Counted from the stretch's first letter, positions 1 through 9,118 are shown. The stretch is DNA of 18,208 nt from Candidatus Cloacimonadota bacterium (GCA_029564175.1 JAKQQL010000040.1:1-18208), one strand, 5' to 3'. The notes: a model not told the origin generated them from the letters alone. A program made the numbers and translations.

Positions 1-1660
1 TATTTCCGAAATTGTTTGCTACTGTCCAGTTATTCATTGTGACTTCATTATAGTAATCCCATATTTCTACCAGCGAAGTATTCCAAAAACCAGGACTTGT
101 CTGATTATTAAAAATGAGTACATTGTTGAGATACACTTCGCCAGCTTCAAAATCATCACTTTGTTGATCACAGATAACCTGAAATAAGGAGGGTTCTGTA
201 GAGTGTCCATTGGAAATTCTGCAATTGTTGAGGAGAATATTATTGTTAAATCTAAAATATATTCCTGTTTGGCCACCAGATTCACCTATTGTTGTTGCAT
301 TATTTTCAGAAACATTTTCCACGACTACATTTTTATTCACTTCAAAGATTATTGAAATAGCAATTCCATTACCTATACTATTCTCAACAAAGATATTTTT
401 TGCAAAAGCATACTCACTCCTGCCAACATGTATGCCGTTAATACCGTTTACTCTGCCATTTTTAAAAAGCATATTTTCAATATGAACTTTATGAGCATTA
501 GTTCCAAAACCCTGTGTCGTTGACGAATTTGCTCCTGAATTTATGATACTCATATCGGAGATTTTTATCTCTCCGCACCTTAAAACAGCACCTAATGGAA
601 GGAAAACATTTTCATCATCAAGAATACAAATATTCATTCCTGCCCCTTTAAATCGAGTATCCCTTTTTACAGATATGGGAAAATTCTGTTGATTTAAAGA
701 ACGGGAATAGGTGCCTTCAGTCAGAAATACCGTTTTGGGATTCAGAGAATCCGGCGCAATCATCTTGGTGGCAAGGTCAATGCTTTTCAGAGGGGATTCA
801 GGGCTTAATCCGCTGTTAGAATCAGAGCCCCAGGGGGCTACGTAAAGGTCATGATTGAGAAGGGGCAGAGTCGCTCTTTCTATATCAATCTCAACATTAA
901 TATCATGTTCAAGTCCCGGGATCGGAAAATTGTGAAAGATAAAGTATTGGTCTGGAGATTCCATGATATTACTGCAACGATCCAGAATGATATGCACATC
1001 ATTTTCCGGATTTGACAGCGTAATATCTTTCCCTCCCCATGCACTGTTGTTAAAAATGCTATTTTTTCTGTTTTCGGAAAAAGTAACCAATACATTATCT
1101 GCAATGATAAGCCCCCCTCCAGCTTGAAAGGCTTTATTATTATATATCTGATTGTTTTCCAATATTACATGAATAGGATCATAAGCATAATTGGCAAGGC
1201 AAATACCGCCACCACCGGTTCCCACCAGACTCTGGGTGATGATGTTGTTTTTGATGATGGAATTGCTTTTTACAATACAGATTCCGCCACCACCATTGTT
1301 GTAATAAATCTCTTCGCCTGCTTCATTGTTCATAATCGTAAAGCCATTGATGGTTACCTGATAGCAGTTTTCGGCATAGATAGCTGAGGCAGAGCAGACA
1401 CCGCTAATTTTTGTCTGATGAATGTAGAGCGTGTCGTTAGTCGTGGCATAGAGACTTTGCAGTGTCAGACTTTTACCATTTAAATTGATATTTTCATGGT
1501 AAGTACCGGGATAGACCTGAATAATATCGCCATTCTGAGCTGCATTAACAGCATTCTGAATTGTATTAAACTGACCAGAACCATCAGTGGCAACAGTCAG
1601 GGTGAGTGAAAACAGGCAAAGAGGCAGACTGAGTAATAAGAATATGATATATTTGATCAT
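1..1660 (-). CDS. Secreted right-handed parallel beta-helix protein with a DUF1565-like 'LYVAPWGSDSNSG' module; 3' end lies beyond the window start
   Basis: Manual translation from ATG at 1660 (RBS AGGAG 1670-1666): MIKYIIFLLLSLPLCLFSLTLTVATDGSGQFNTIQNAVNAAQNGDIIQVYPGTYHENINLNGKSLTL...GGGGICI...LYVAPWGSDSNSGLSPESPLKSI... The frame stays open to position 2. Absent from the ORF track because there is no stop in the window. Confidence 0.85.
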   Translation of the reverse strand, partial: MIKYIIFLLLSLPLCLFSLTLTVATDGSGQFNTIQNAVNAAQNGDIIQVYPGTYHENINLNGKSLTLQSLYATTNDTLYIHQTKISGVCSASAIYAENCYQVTINGFTIMNNEAGEEIYYNNGGGGICIVKSNSIIKNNIITQSLVGTGGGGICLANYAYDPIHVILENNQIYNNKAFQAGGGLIIADNVLVTFSENRKNSIFNNSAWGGKDITLSNPENDVHIILDRCSNIMESPDQYFIFHNFPIPGLEHDINVEIDIERATLPLLNHDLYVAPWGSDSNSGLSPESPLKSIDLATKMIAPDSLNPKTVFLTEGTYSRSLNQQNFPISVKRDTRFKGAGMNICILDDENVFLPLGAVLRCGEIKISDMSIINSGANSSTTQGFGTNAHKVHIENMLFKNGRVNGINGIHVGRSEYAFAKNIFVENSIGNGIAISIIFEVNKNVVVENVSENNATTIGESGGQTGIYFRFNNNILLNNCRISNGHSTEPSLFQVICDQQSDDFEAGEVYLNNVLIFNNQTSPGFWNTSLVEIWDYYNEVTMNNWTVANNFGN

Positions 1661-1677
1661 TTTATCTCCTGATATTT

Positions 1678-1802
1678 GTAAGGCAAGCAACTTGCTTGCC
1701 ATGAAATTCGTGTTTTCACAAGCTGGTAGCTTGCTTTACAGGTTGAGTTGTAGGCCAAGCAACTTGCTTGCCAAGGTTTCACAAGCTGGCAGCTTGCGTT
1801 AC
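1678..1802. repeat. REP/BIME-like cluster of two inverted doublets (four hairpins)
   Basis: GTAA-GGCAAGCAACTTGCTTGCC (1678), CACAAGCTGGTAGCTTGCT-TTAC (1717-1739), GTAG-GCCAAGCAACTTGCTTGCC (1750), CACAAGCTGGCAGCTTGCG-TTAC (1780-1802). Confidence 0.85.
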
Positions 1803-1857
1803 GGGATTCTCTTCTCCGCGACTCCGCGTGATAACTTACTTTTTATCATTTATAATA

Positions 1858-1887
1858 TAAATCAGAGGGCAGAGAATCTCTGCCCCC
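1858..1887 (-). terminator. Probable intrinsic terminator of the 877-aa gene
   Basis: GGGCAGAG-AAT-CTCTGCCC stem (1867-1885) about 10 nt after the stop; the T-tract is only moderate. Confidence 0.6.
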
Positions 1888-1896
1888 AATGTTTGT

Positions 1897-4530
1897 TTAC
1901 TTCATCAGAATCATTTTTTTCATGTCTGAGTGATGTGCGGTTTTTAGCTGATAGAAGTAGATACCGGATGATACGGTTTTACCGGATTCATCGGTTCCAT
2001 TCCAGTTGGCGGTGTAGAAACCAGGTTCTTTTCTTTCATTGACCAGAGTACGAATCAACTGACCTTTGGCATTGAAGATACTCAGTTTCACATTTTCTGA
2101 CTGTGACAGCTGATAACGAATATGGGTTTCCGGATTAAACGGATTTGGATAATTGCCTTTTAACTGGCTTTGTTTCGGAACAGAGCTGTTTTGAATCACT
2201 TTCTGATTCAGAGATACTCTGTAGAATCCTTTTTGATCTGAAAAATCAAGACTTCTGTTTTGATATTCCTGATCCGCTTCATCGTACACCGCATAGTGCT
2301 GAATTTTACGGTTGTCTGATTTCATGGAAGGATCCCAGTAACGGAATTCGATAGTCGCATTGGTCAGATCCAAGCCATTGATATAGGCACTGATCTCAAC
2401 CACTTCTCCCTCTATCACTTCTGCACCATAGCAAACATCATTGATAAACAGCGCTAATTCCGCATTGGCTTTTGCGCCATTGATCATCTCATCAGTTAAC
2501 TGCACATAAACAGGGGTATAATCCATCTGTTCATTGTAAGTAAAGTAACTGACAGCAGGTTCATTATAAGCCATGCTTTCAGTGCCACCGCCTGTTTGTA
2601 CATGCCATACAAAGTTTTTGTTTGTTGTTCCGGCATATTTTAAAGAAACAGCTTCTCCAAAATTAAACTTCGGCGACCTTGTACTGTATGACCAGGTTGA
2701 GTTGACAGAACTTCTGCTCATAGACCAGCGTTTGGTCTTAATTTCAATCAGCTGATTGGCAATGTCAGAAAGGGCATAAAGCGGATCTTCGCTCTGTGCT
2801 TTGAAATAACCGACCCAGATTTCCCTGTAAGAATTTGCAGGTGCGGCATTAACGGTCATCGTTTCATTCGTATTGCCATAAGTCCCGCATAAAAAGCCGG
2901 AGACTTCCAGTTGTTTCGTGGCAACCCCATCTGCCAGTTTAACTTTGTAGCCATGACGACTGTCTGCTTCCCGTGGAAGACCATAAAAACTATTCGTTTG
3001 CCAATAAATAGATCCTGGAGTATTATTATAATTCCACCCAAAGCTTTCTAATATATTTGAGGGACTGATGGTTAACAAGTAGTTTTCATGATAATCCTGT
3101 AATAAATAACCCAGTTGATCCGCATCATAGAGACTCGTATTGGTATAGAGTTTATCCAGATAAGGCAGGCAAATCCAGTTGAAGCGGTCAGTAGCAGACT
3201 GACTGCTCAGTGTATGAGTAAAAGCACCATGCAGATGTGCTGGTACTGCGCCAATATCTTTACGGGTACCATCACTGTCCTGATCATCAGTGTCAGTATG
3301 CCAGGAGATACCATCCCCATCGGTATCAGAAACTCCCATGTCAATCAGACCCGACTTGTCACTGGCAGACCAAAGCGGTTCCAATGTAGTGGTATTGATT
3401 TTTGGGTCACCGTAATAGATATTGGAAGCAGTAAAGGTTGAAGGATAAGCCTGATAAGAATTCAGGAACCAGCAGTTTTTGATTGTACTGGTATTGTTAG
3501 AACCATAAGCAGCGATTGGTTTATGAAACAGATTGTTTTTAAAGCTGACATTTTGATTTTTCAGAAAAACAGACTGATAACATTCATAAGCGGGCTCGGT
3601 TTCATAATGGGTATTGTTTTGATAGATAACCGTATTTTGTGTTGTGCCGTAAGCGTTGATATGTACATTATACAATCCACCACTGTTATCTTTGAAGATA
3701 TTGTTTATAATTTTTATCGAATTAACATTATTTGATGATCCAATAGATAATGCATTTGCGTTTAAAGAACCTAAACCATCAAGATAGTAATTATTAGCAA
3801 TAAAACGATTATTTATAATCTTTATATAGGTATTCAGATCAGAATTATTATAAGGGATTACACTAATTGCAGCTCCATAATAAGTAGCGCTATTACCTTC
3901 AAAGTTTGAATTATTTACTTCTAAATAGTTGCCTTCGAAATAAACCGCACCACCAGGAGTGCCATTAGTGGCTGTATTACCGGAAAATTGTGTATTGTCA
4001 ATTTTTAATTTACCATTTGCGTAAATACCGGCTCCACCGGAATCATCGTTAGAATTCTGATAAATATTAGAGTTAATTACCTGAAGTAAATAATCAGTCG
4101 TGTTGTTCGCTTTAATCGCAATCTTATTTTGATATAATTTGCAATTATCAACAGTTACACTTTTATTGCTTATGCTGATCCCTGCAATGAATGCACGCTT
4201 AATTTCTATATTTCTGATTACAATACCCTCATTGTTTATTGAACTTAAAATAAAACCATGATTGTAATAATTCTGACAATCAATAACAACTCCGCCACTT
4301 TCATAAAAGCTTGTTATGGTTAATTGCTTTCCCCTGCAGGAAACATCTGTATTGTATGCACCGGTATAGGTACCTGGGTAAATCTTAACAGTTCCGCCAT
4401 TAGGGCAGGCATCGATACCGGACTGAATCGTACGATAGGCAGAGCCAGCCACATCACGAACAATAATCGTCTGTGCGCTTAAAAGTATGATACTCATAAG
4501 TATCAAGGTCATCATGATTGTTTTTTTCAT
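1897..4530 (-). CDS. Secreted beta-helix repeat protein with C-terminal FlgD-Ig/T9SS type A-like domain
   Basis: Signal peptide; 'TIQSGIDAC..GGTVKIYPGTY' start; GGAGIY/GGAVY/GAAI repeats; 'SRKDIGA'-type motif DGTRKDIGA; C-terminal 'LKGNYPNPFNPETHIRY...WNGTDESGKTVSSGIYFYQL...KKMILMK'. Confidence 0.9.
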   Translation of the reverse strand: MKKTIMMTLILMSIILLSAQTIIVRDVAGSAYRTIQSGIDACPNGGTVKIYPGTYTGAYNTDVSCRGKQLTITSFYESGGVVIDCQNYYNHGFILSSINNEGIVIRNIEIKRAFIAGISISNKSVTVDNCKLYQNKIAIKANNTTDYLLQVINSNIYQNSNDDSGGAGIYANGKLKIDNTQFSGNTATNGTPGGAVYFEGNYLEVNNSNFEGNSATYYGAAISVIPYNNSDLNTYIKIINNRFIANNYYLDGLGSLNANALSIGSSNNVNSIKIINNIFKDNSGGLYNVHINAYGTTQNTVIYQNNTHYETEPAYECYQSVFLKNQNVSFKNNLFHKPIAAYGSNNTSTIKNCWFLNSYQAYPSTFTASNIYYGDPKINTTTLEPLWSASDKSGLIDMGVSDTDGDGISWHTDTDDQDSDGTRKDIGAVPAHLHGAFTHTLSSQSATDRFNWICLPYLDKLYTNTSLYDADQLGYLLQDYHENYLLTISPSNILESFGWNYNNTPGSIYWQTNSFYGLPREADSRHGYKVKLADGVATKQLEVSGFLCGTYGNTNETMTVNAAPANSYREIWVGYFKAQSEDPLYALSDIANQLIEIKTKRWSMSRSSVNSTWSYSTRSPKFNFGEAVSLKYAGTTNKNFVWHVQTGGGTESMAYNEPAVSYFTYNEQMDYTPVYVQLTDEMINGAKANAELALFINDVCYGAEVIEGEVVEISAYINGLDLTNATIEFRYWDPSMKSDNRKIQHYAVYDEADQEYQNRSLDFSDQKGFYRVSLNQKVIQNSSVPKQSQLKGNYPNPFNPETHIRYQLSQSENVKLSIFNAKGQLIRTLVNERKEPGFYTANWNGTDESGKTVSSGIYFYQLKTAHHSDMKKMILMK

Positions 4531-4605
4531 TATATGATTCCTTTCTTTTTTTATGTTTTTAAAGTCTGCCTAAAAATAGACAGTGTTACTTGTGTTCCAC
4601 GCTTT

Positions 4606-4737
4606 CCGTACTACAAGCGTCCCGCTTGAACGAAGCTGCAAGCCGGGAGCTTACAGTACGATCCGTTAAATCGTCATTACCCGTACTACAAACGTCCCGC
4701 TTGTAGAAAAGCTGCAAGCTGAGAGCTCGCAGTACGG
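4606..4737. repeat. Two tandem ~55-bp REP doublets (75-bp period)
   Basis: CCGTACTACAAGCGTCCCGCTTGAA...CTGCAAGCCGGGAGCTTACAGTACG (4606-4660) and a near copy at 4681-4737. Confidence 0.85.
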
Positions 4738-4839
4738 ACACATCTGGTGATACAGATTTTTAAAAACAGCTAATGAAACTTATTTTTATCTCCCGGTATA
4801 TGAACAGACAGATTTATAAAACATCTTGTCCTTCTTATA

Positions 4840-4873
4840 ATTGTAACTATATATATATATATGTAGTTACAAT
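4840..4873. repeat. 34-bp near-perfect palindrome with (TA)n core
   Basis: ATTGTAACTATATATATATATATGTAGTTACAAT; one mismatched pair. Confidence 0.8.
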
Positions 4874-5255
4874 ATTTTTCATAAAATCTCTCTTTTTAAG
4901 ACAGAGATTTTTCTCTTTCATAGCTTCCCTTATGAATTAAACAGAGTCTTTCATGTAATCCCGCAGAAGATTATTCTCAGGGTTAAATGAGCTGGCTCAG
5001 GTTCCTTGAACACCGTTAGAATAGCAAAACAGATATTCTAAAATTATGATTTTTGTACATCAAATCTATATGAATAAAATATGTCAAGCAAATTAAAAAA
5101 CATTGCGAAATTTGAGCTAAAAAGTGACAGAATACATCATCATGTTCTGCAAGCAATCTTTCGTATAAGAATCTTCAAGGCATTAGCCCTCTCTATATAT
5201 AACCCGGACAAAATCCGTTATTCTGTCTTTTTCTTAAATTTTTTTTGTTTTTGAG

Positions 5256-5630
5256 TTACTTTTTTGTCTTTATTTTCAATATATGAATTGTAACTGCCAG
5301 AGCAATCATGATGAGGAGTATTCTCAGCCAAAACTTTTCAGATGAGATAAAAACAAATGCAGAACTGAGTATAGATACCCATAAGAATGTGATCACCCAA
5401 ATCTTTGTAAAAAGGGGAATCCCTTTGCCTTCATGGTAATTTTTCAGATAAGTGCCAAAAATCCGGTTATGATATAACCAGTTATGAAGTCGAGGAGAAG
5501 TATTGGCAAAGCATATTCCGGACAAAAGGAGAAAAGGAACCGTTGGTAATATCGGCAGCGCAATACCAATAATTCCGATCCCCACTGAAACTAGCCCAAT
5601 TGTTAGTAAAAAGATTTTTTTTAACTTCAT
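5256..5630 (-). CDS. ybaN: YbaN (DUF454) family inner membrane protein
   Basis: Family signature 'GIIGIALPILPTVPFLLLS..CFA..SPRLHNWL....FG.YL.NY.EGKGIP...K'. Confidence 0.9.
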   Translation of the reverse strand: MKLKKIFLLTIGLVSVGIGIIGIALPILPTVPFLLLSGICFANTSPRLHNWLYHNRIFGTYLKNYHEGKGIPLFTKIWVITFLWVSILSSAFVFISSEKFWLRILLIMIALAVTIHILKIKTKK

Positions 5631-5785
5631 CTAAATCCTTTTTCCTGTTTTATATAAAATCAATCTTAAAAATTTGTAGATACAGGTCAAGTCATTTAAA
5701 ATATCCTTATATTTTAAAATCTTTTTGAAAAGAGTATTTGCAATAATCAGAAGAATGGAATATTTTATCAATATAGGGAGGAAAA

Positions 5786-6256
5786 ATGGATAAGAAACAA
5801 GCATATGTGCAGGCGATAGAAAATGAGATACGCTCTCAAAACCTGTATAAATTTATGGCTGAACATTGTGAAGACAAGGAAAAAAACATTTTTTTCAACT
5901 TGATTCCAATGGAAAAGATGCACGAAGAAAAAATGCGATCTTTCTTTCAAAGAGAATTTCCTGGAGAAACTTTAAACATTTCTGCTGATTTGTTGCCAAA
6001 AACTCAAAAAAAGATTGATGAAATGAAAGATCCAAAGAGTATCTTTGATTTTGCGATTGAAAGAGAGAAGATGGCTCAGGAAGCCTATATGGATTTGGCA
6101 TTGAATTGTGATGATGAAGAGATGAAAACCTTTTTTAAACAAATGGCCGAAGAAGAAAAAAATCATGCAGATATCCTGTTTACAGAGATCGAAAAACTGG
6201 AAAACACTATGATCTGGTTTGACGAATCTGAATTAAACGGGTTAATGGAATATTAG
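5786..6256 (+). CDS. Rubrerythrin/erythrin-like ferritin-fold di-iron protein without a rubredoxin domain
   Basis: Duplicated 'AIENE...Y...EKMH' and 'AIERE...Y...EEEKNH' carboxylate/ExxH motifs; RBS GGAGG upstream. Confidence 0.85.
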   Translation: MDKKQAYVQAIENEIRSQNLYKFMAEHCEDKEKNIFFNLIPMEKMHEEKMRSFFQREFPGETLNISADLLPKTQKKIDEMKDPKSIFDFAIEREKMAQEAYMDLALNCDDEEMKTFFKQMAEEEKNHADILFTEIEKLENTMIWFDESELNGLMEY

Positions 6257-6358
6257 AATAAACTGATTTTTTGCAATCAGGCAGTCAATGTCGTTAGTTT
6301 TGGTATCTTCTCATAAAAGCAGGTGTTTTTCAAAATTAGTAAGGATTATAAGCGGTTT

Positions 6359-6437
6359 GTAGGGGCGTGCGAAGCGAAGCGCCGTACGTCCGCAATCGTA
6401 CTGCAAGCTCCCGGCTTTCAGAAAAGGCTACAAGCAG
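6359..6437. repeat. GTAG-type REP hairpin followed by a degenerate CAAGC-family doublet
   Basis: GTAG-GGGCGTGCG...CGTACGTCC (6359-6391), then CGTACTGCAAGCTCCCGGCTTTCAG...CTACAAGCAG. Confidence 0.65.
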
Positions 6438-6496
6438 TTTATACATTAGACAAAAGACTGTTTCTCTAAACTTAATGGAATTGTATTCATAATACG

Positions 6497-6526
6497 AAAA
6501 AAGCAGAGCCGAAAGACTCTGCTTTT
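6497..6526 (-). terminator. Intrinsic terminator of the ferredoxin gene (possibly bidirectional)
   Basis: Minus strand GCAGAGTC-TTTC-GGCTCTGC followed by TTTTTT, about 15 nt after the stop. Confidence 0.8.
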
Positions 6527-6541
6527 GAGTAAATAGTTCAA

Positions 6542-6706
6542 TTATAAAGCTAAAGCTTCAACAGGACATACGCTGGTACAAGCACCACAGTCAACGCAAG
6601 CGTCACTGCATTTTACTTTGTCACCATCCATTGCTAAAGCAGCAACTGGACATGTGTCAACACAAGCACCACAACCGATACATTTAGTTTCGTCAACTTT
6701 TACCAT
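6542..6706 (-). CDS. Clostridial-type 2[4Fe-4S] ferredoxin, 54 aa
   Basis: MVKVDETKCIGCGACVDTCPVAALAMDGDKVKCSDACVDCGACTSVCPVEALAL*; two CxxCxxCxxxCP motifs; RBS GGAGG; too short for the ORF track. Confidence 0.95.
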   Translation of the reverse strand: MVKVDETKCIGCGACVDTCPVAALAMDGDKVKCSDACVDCGACTSVCPVEALAL

Positions 6707-6727
6707 GATTTCCTCCATTATGTATTC

Positions 6728-6763
6728 TTACTGCAAAATCTAAATAAAATTAGATTCTGTCAA
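6728..6763 (-). promoter_or_regulatory. Putative promoter of the ferredoxin gene
   Basis: TTGACA (6763-6758), 18 nt, then ATTTTGCAGTAA; the -10 is non-canonical. Confidence 0.5.
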
Positions 6764-6848
6764 TACAATTTTTTAACTGTTTTTTCAGGCATCAGGAGAC
6801 TGTTCAAAAAAGTCAGACTTTTTCAGTCACAATACAAAGTTTGTTATT

Positions 6849-7223
6849 TCTACAAGCAGGATGTTAGTAGTACGAGTTTAGTTGTAATGTAAGCTGCCAG
6901 CTTGCGAATATTAATCTTTTTGGCAAGCAGGTTGCTTGCCCTACGTCCGGCTTGCGAAAATCTACAATCAGGATGTTTGTAGTATGAGTTTAGTTGTAAC
7001 GTAAGCTACCAGCTTGCGAAAATCAATCTTTTTTGGCAAGCAGGTTGCTTGCCCTACGTCCGGCTTGCGAAAATCTACAATCAGGATGTTTGAAGTACGA
7101 GTTTAGTTGTAACGTAAGCTACCAGCTTGCGAATATTAATCATTTTTTGGCAAGCAGGTTGCTTGCCCTACGTCCAGCTTGCGAATATTAATCTTCTTTG
7201 GCAAGCAGGTTGCTTGCCCTACG
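6849..7223 (-). repeat. Modular tandem REP (BIME-like) array 1, order A-A-B-A-B-A-B on the minus strand
   Basis: 112-113-bp units start at 6849, 6961 and 7074, plus an extra ~51-bp A module; each A contains GGCAAGCAGGTTGCTTGCCCTAC. Confidence 0.92.
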
Positions 7224-7253
7224 CTCGTCTTCTGAAAATAATCTACGAATCAT

Positions 7254-7288
7254 TTGACAAAAGAATTCATAAAGATATTTTGCAGTAA
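7254..7288 (+). promoter_or_regulatory. Putative promoter of the 329-aa membrane protein gene
   Basis: TTGACA (7254-7259), 17 nt, then ATTTTGCAGTAA. Confidence 0.5.
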
Positions 7289-7309
7289 AAATAAAAAAAG
7301 CTGAGATAA

Positions 7310-8299
7310 ATGTACCTGAAAAATAAAGAACGCATACAATTTCTGAATCTGTTTAAAGCCATTCTGGTGATCGGAATGATCAGTGGACATGCTGTCATGC
7401 TCTTATCTTCATCAAAATCTCAATATTCTCTATATTACAAGAATTACATTAACCTGATCACTTTTTCTGGTTTTCTGTTTGCATTTGGTATTATTCATGA
7501 GCGGATTATTTCTTGTAGCAAATTAAATTATGCTAAATTTACCAGCCAGATTTTTAAACTACTGACGGCATTTTACATTTCAGGGATTTCTTATCGGATA
7601 TTAGTAAAACCAGGCAATATCAGCTTCAAGAAACTTGCAGATATTCTGATATTAAAAGACATTCCTGGCTATTCTGAATTTTTGCTGGCATTTACTGTGA
7701 TTCAGGTACTGGGATTATTGTTATATTTACTCCCTGAAAAACTCAAAAAGAGTATATGGCTCTACCTTGTGTTAATACTCATTTCAGTCCTTTCGACTAT
7801 CTTCATCAAAAAAGGTTTTCGATTGTCTTATCCGGCACTGATATTTGGATCAAACTTTTTTGGCGCATTTCCGGTTCTTCAATACAGTGCCTGGTTTTTT
7901 GCTGGTATTTTGTATAAATGGAATCGTTTTAAACTGAATATTTATAGTTTTATTGTCTGTTTGGCTTTAACCTGTCTGTATATCACTTATTATATAAAAG
8001 CCGGGCATTTCGCAAAACGTTTTCCGCCTTCTTTTTTTTGGATAACCGGTTCAGCTTTTCCGCTTTGGGTCATGCTAAAAGGCTCATTACTGGCTGAGCA
8101 ATACAGGCAGAAGATACCAGACTTTTTGTTTTCTTTTTTTAACAATATCGGTGAAAATACGCTTTTTTATCTCATTATCAGTAATATAGCTCTCTTTGCT
8201 TTAAGCAGTCATCTTCAACTCAATTTTATAACAGCTCTTTTAACCGGATTTGTTATTGTTATTGTGATTCACTATTTGACTGGAATTGTTCGAAAATGA
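7310..8299 (+). CDS. Polytopic membrane protein, probably acyltransferase-3/OpgC-like (glycan acylation)
   Basis: About 10 hydrophobic segments; N-terminal 'RIQFLNLFKAILVIGMISGH' resembles the acyltransferase_3 start; also 'FPVLQY..WF..G', 'KRFPPS' and 'IGENTLFY'. Confidence 0.6.
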   Translation: MYLKNKERIQFLNLFKAILVIGMISGHAVMLLSSSKSQYSLYYKNYINLITFSGFLFAFGIIHERIISCSKLNYAKFTSQIFKLLTAFYISGISYRILVKPGNISFKKLADILILKDIPGYSEFLLAFTVIQVLGLLLYLLPEKLKKSIWLYLVLILISVLSTIFIKKGFRLSYPALIFGSNFFGAFPVLQYSAWFFAGILYKWNRFKLNIYSFIVCLALTCLYITYYIKAGHFAKRFPPSFFWITGSAFPLWVMLKGSLLAEQYRQKIPDFLFSFFNNIGENTLFYLIISNIALFALSSHLQLNFITALLTGFVIVIVIHYLTGIVRK

Positions 8300-8430
8300 G
8301 GTTTGACACAGATCGTTTTTTAAGACACAGATTTGACTGATTTTAACAGAAAAAAGTGTAAAAAATGGCAAAGAAGTTTTAGGCCAGAGGGCGAAAATCA
8401 AAACATTTTCTTCAAGCTCAAAAATATATC

Positions 8431-8459
8431 TTGACTAATGTGAATAAAGAACATAAAAT
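8431..8459 (+). promoter_or_regulatory. Sigma70-like promoter of the PEGA/lipoprotein/psuG operon
   Basis: TTGACT-N17-TAAAAT, followed by RBS AGGAGG (8476-8481) and GTG at 8488. Confidence 0.6.
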
Positions 8460-8487
8460 AGCAACCAGAAATAATAGGAGGAATAAA

Positions 8488-9117
8488 GTGAATAAGAAGA
8501 TGCTGACTTTACTATTTGTATGCGTTTGGATTTCTTTAAATGCCTCAGATTTTTTATGTCTCAAAGAGAATATCCCTCAAAAGCAGGAATCTCTGGTAAT
8601 AGATAAAGGACAACTGATTTTATCATCTGCCCAAAGAGAAACGGAGTTTACCATAACAGAAGGGCAAACCGTTGTTTACCAGGGAAATCAGGGAGAAATC
8701 AGTCTTGATGAAGGGACTTATCAGGTGAAAGCCTATAATCGCTTTTTTATCAGTCAGACGAAGTCAGTCTCTGTTAAAAAAGGGAAAAAAGCCTTACTCA
8801 GCTTTGATCTTGCCGTTTATGAAAAAGAAACGATTCATAATGTGGAAAAATATCAGTATCGTACCTGGGCTGGCCTGGCTTTGACAGCTGCAAATATTCT
8901 CTTCATCATCAATGCCGATAAAAAAGGGGATGATGCTTATCAAAATTATCAAGATACGGCTGTATCAGCAATGGCATTGGATTACAAATCAGATGTTAAA
9001 AAATGGGATAAATATCAATTGATTTCCAGTATCAGTTTGACTCTGCCGGTTTATTTTACTATTAGTTCATACCGGAATTTTCTCAAAAACAAAGCGATTC
9101 TGAAAGAGAAGGTATAA
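8488..9117 (+). CDS. Exported PEGA-like domain protein with C-terminal hydrophobic helices
   Basis: Start moved to GTG 8488 on RBS evidence; signal-like N-terminus; 'LDEGTYQVKAY....SQTKSVSVKKG....LSFDL' is PEGA-like; stop is 1 nt before the next ATG. Confidence 0.65.
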   Translation: MNKKMLTLLFVCVWISLNASDFLCLKENIPQKQESLVIDKGQLILSSAQRETEFTITEGQTVVYQGNQGEISLDEGTYQVKAYNRFFISQTKSVSVKKGKKALLSFDLAVYEKETIHNVEKYQYRTWAGLALTAANILFIINADKKGDDAYQNYQDTAVSAMALDYKSDVKKWDKYQLISSISLTLPVYFTISSYRNFLKNKAILKEKV

Positions 9118-9118
9118 A

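Noticed and set aside
67..1387. Short ORFs 67-285, 210-485, 880-1104 and 1124-1387, and similar short ORFs inside other genes
   Set aside because: Alternative-frame or antisense shadows of longer, recognisable coding sequences.
1587..2042. 151-aa plus-strand ORF
   Set aside because: Overlaps two real minus-strand genes, and its internal repeat is only the translated REP cluster.
4950..5100. 6S RNA or a known riboswitch
   Set aside because: No diagnostic motifs or end-to-end pairing could be confirmed by eye; kept only as a low-interest finding.
8304..8350. Short GACACAGAT direct repeat with ~9-bp periodicity
   Set aside because: Too short and degenerate to assign from this window alone.
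8431..8487. TTG start at 8431
   Set aside because: The TTG is part of a TTGACT -35 box; GTG at 8488 has a strong RBS and gives a better signal peptide.
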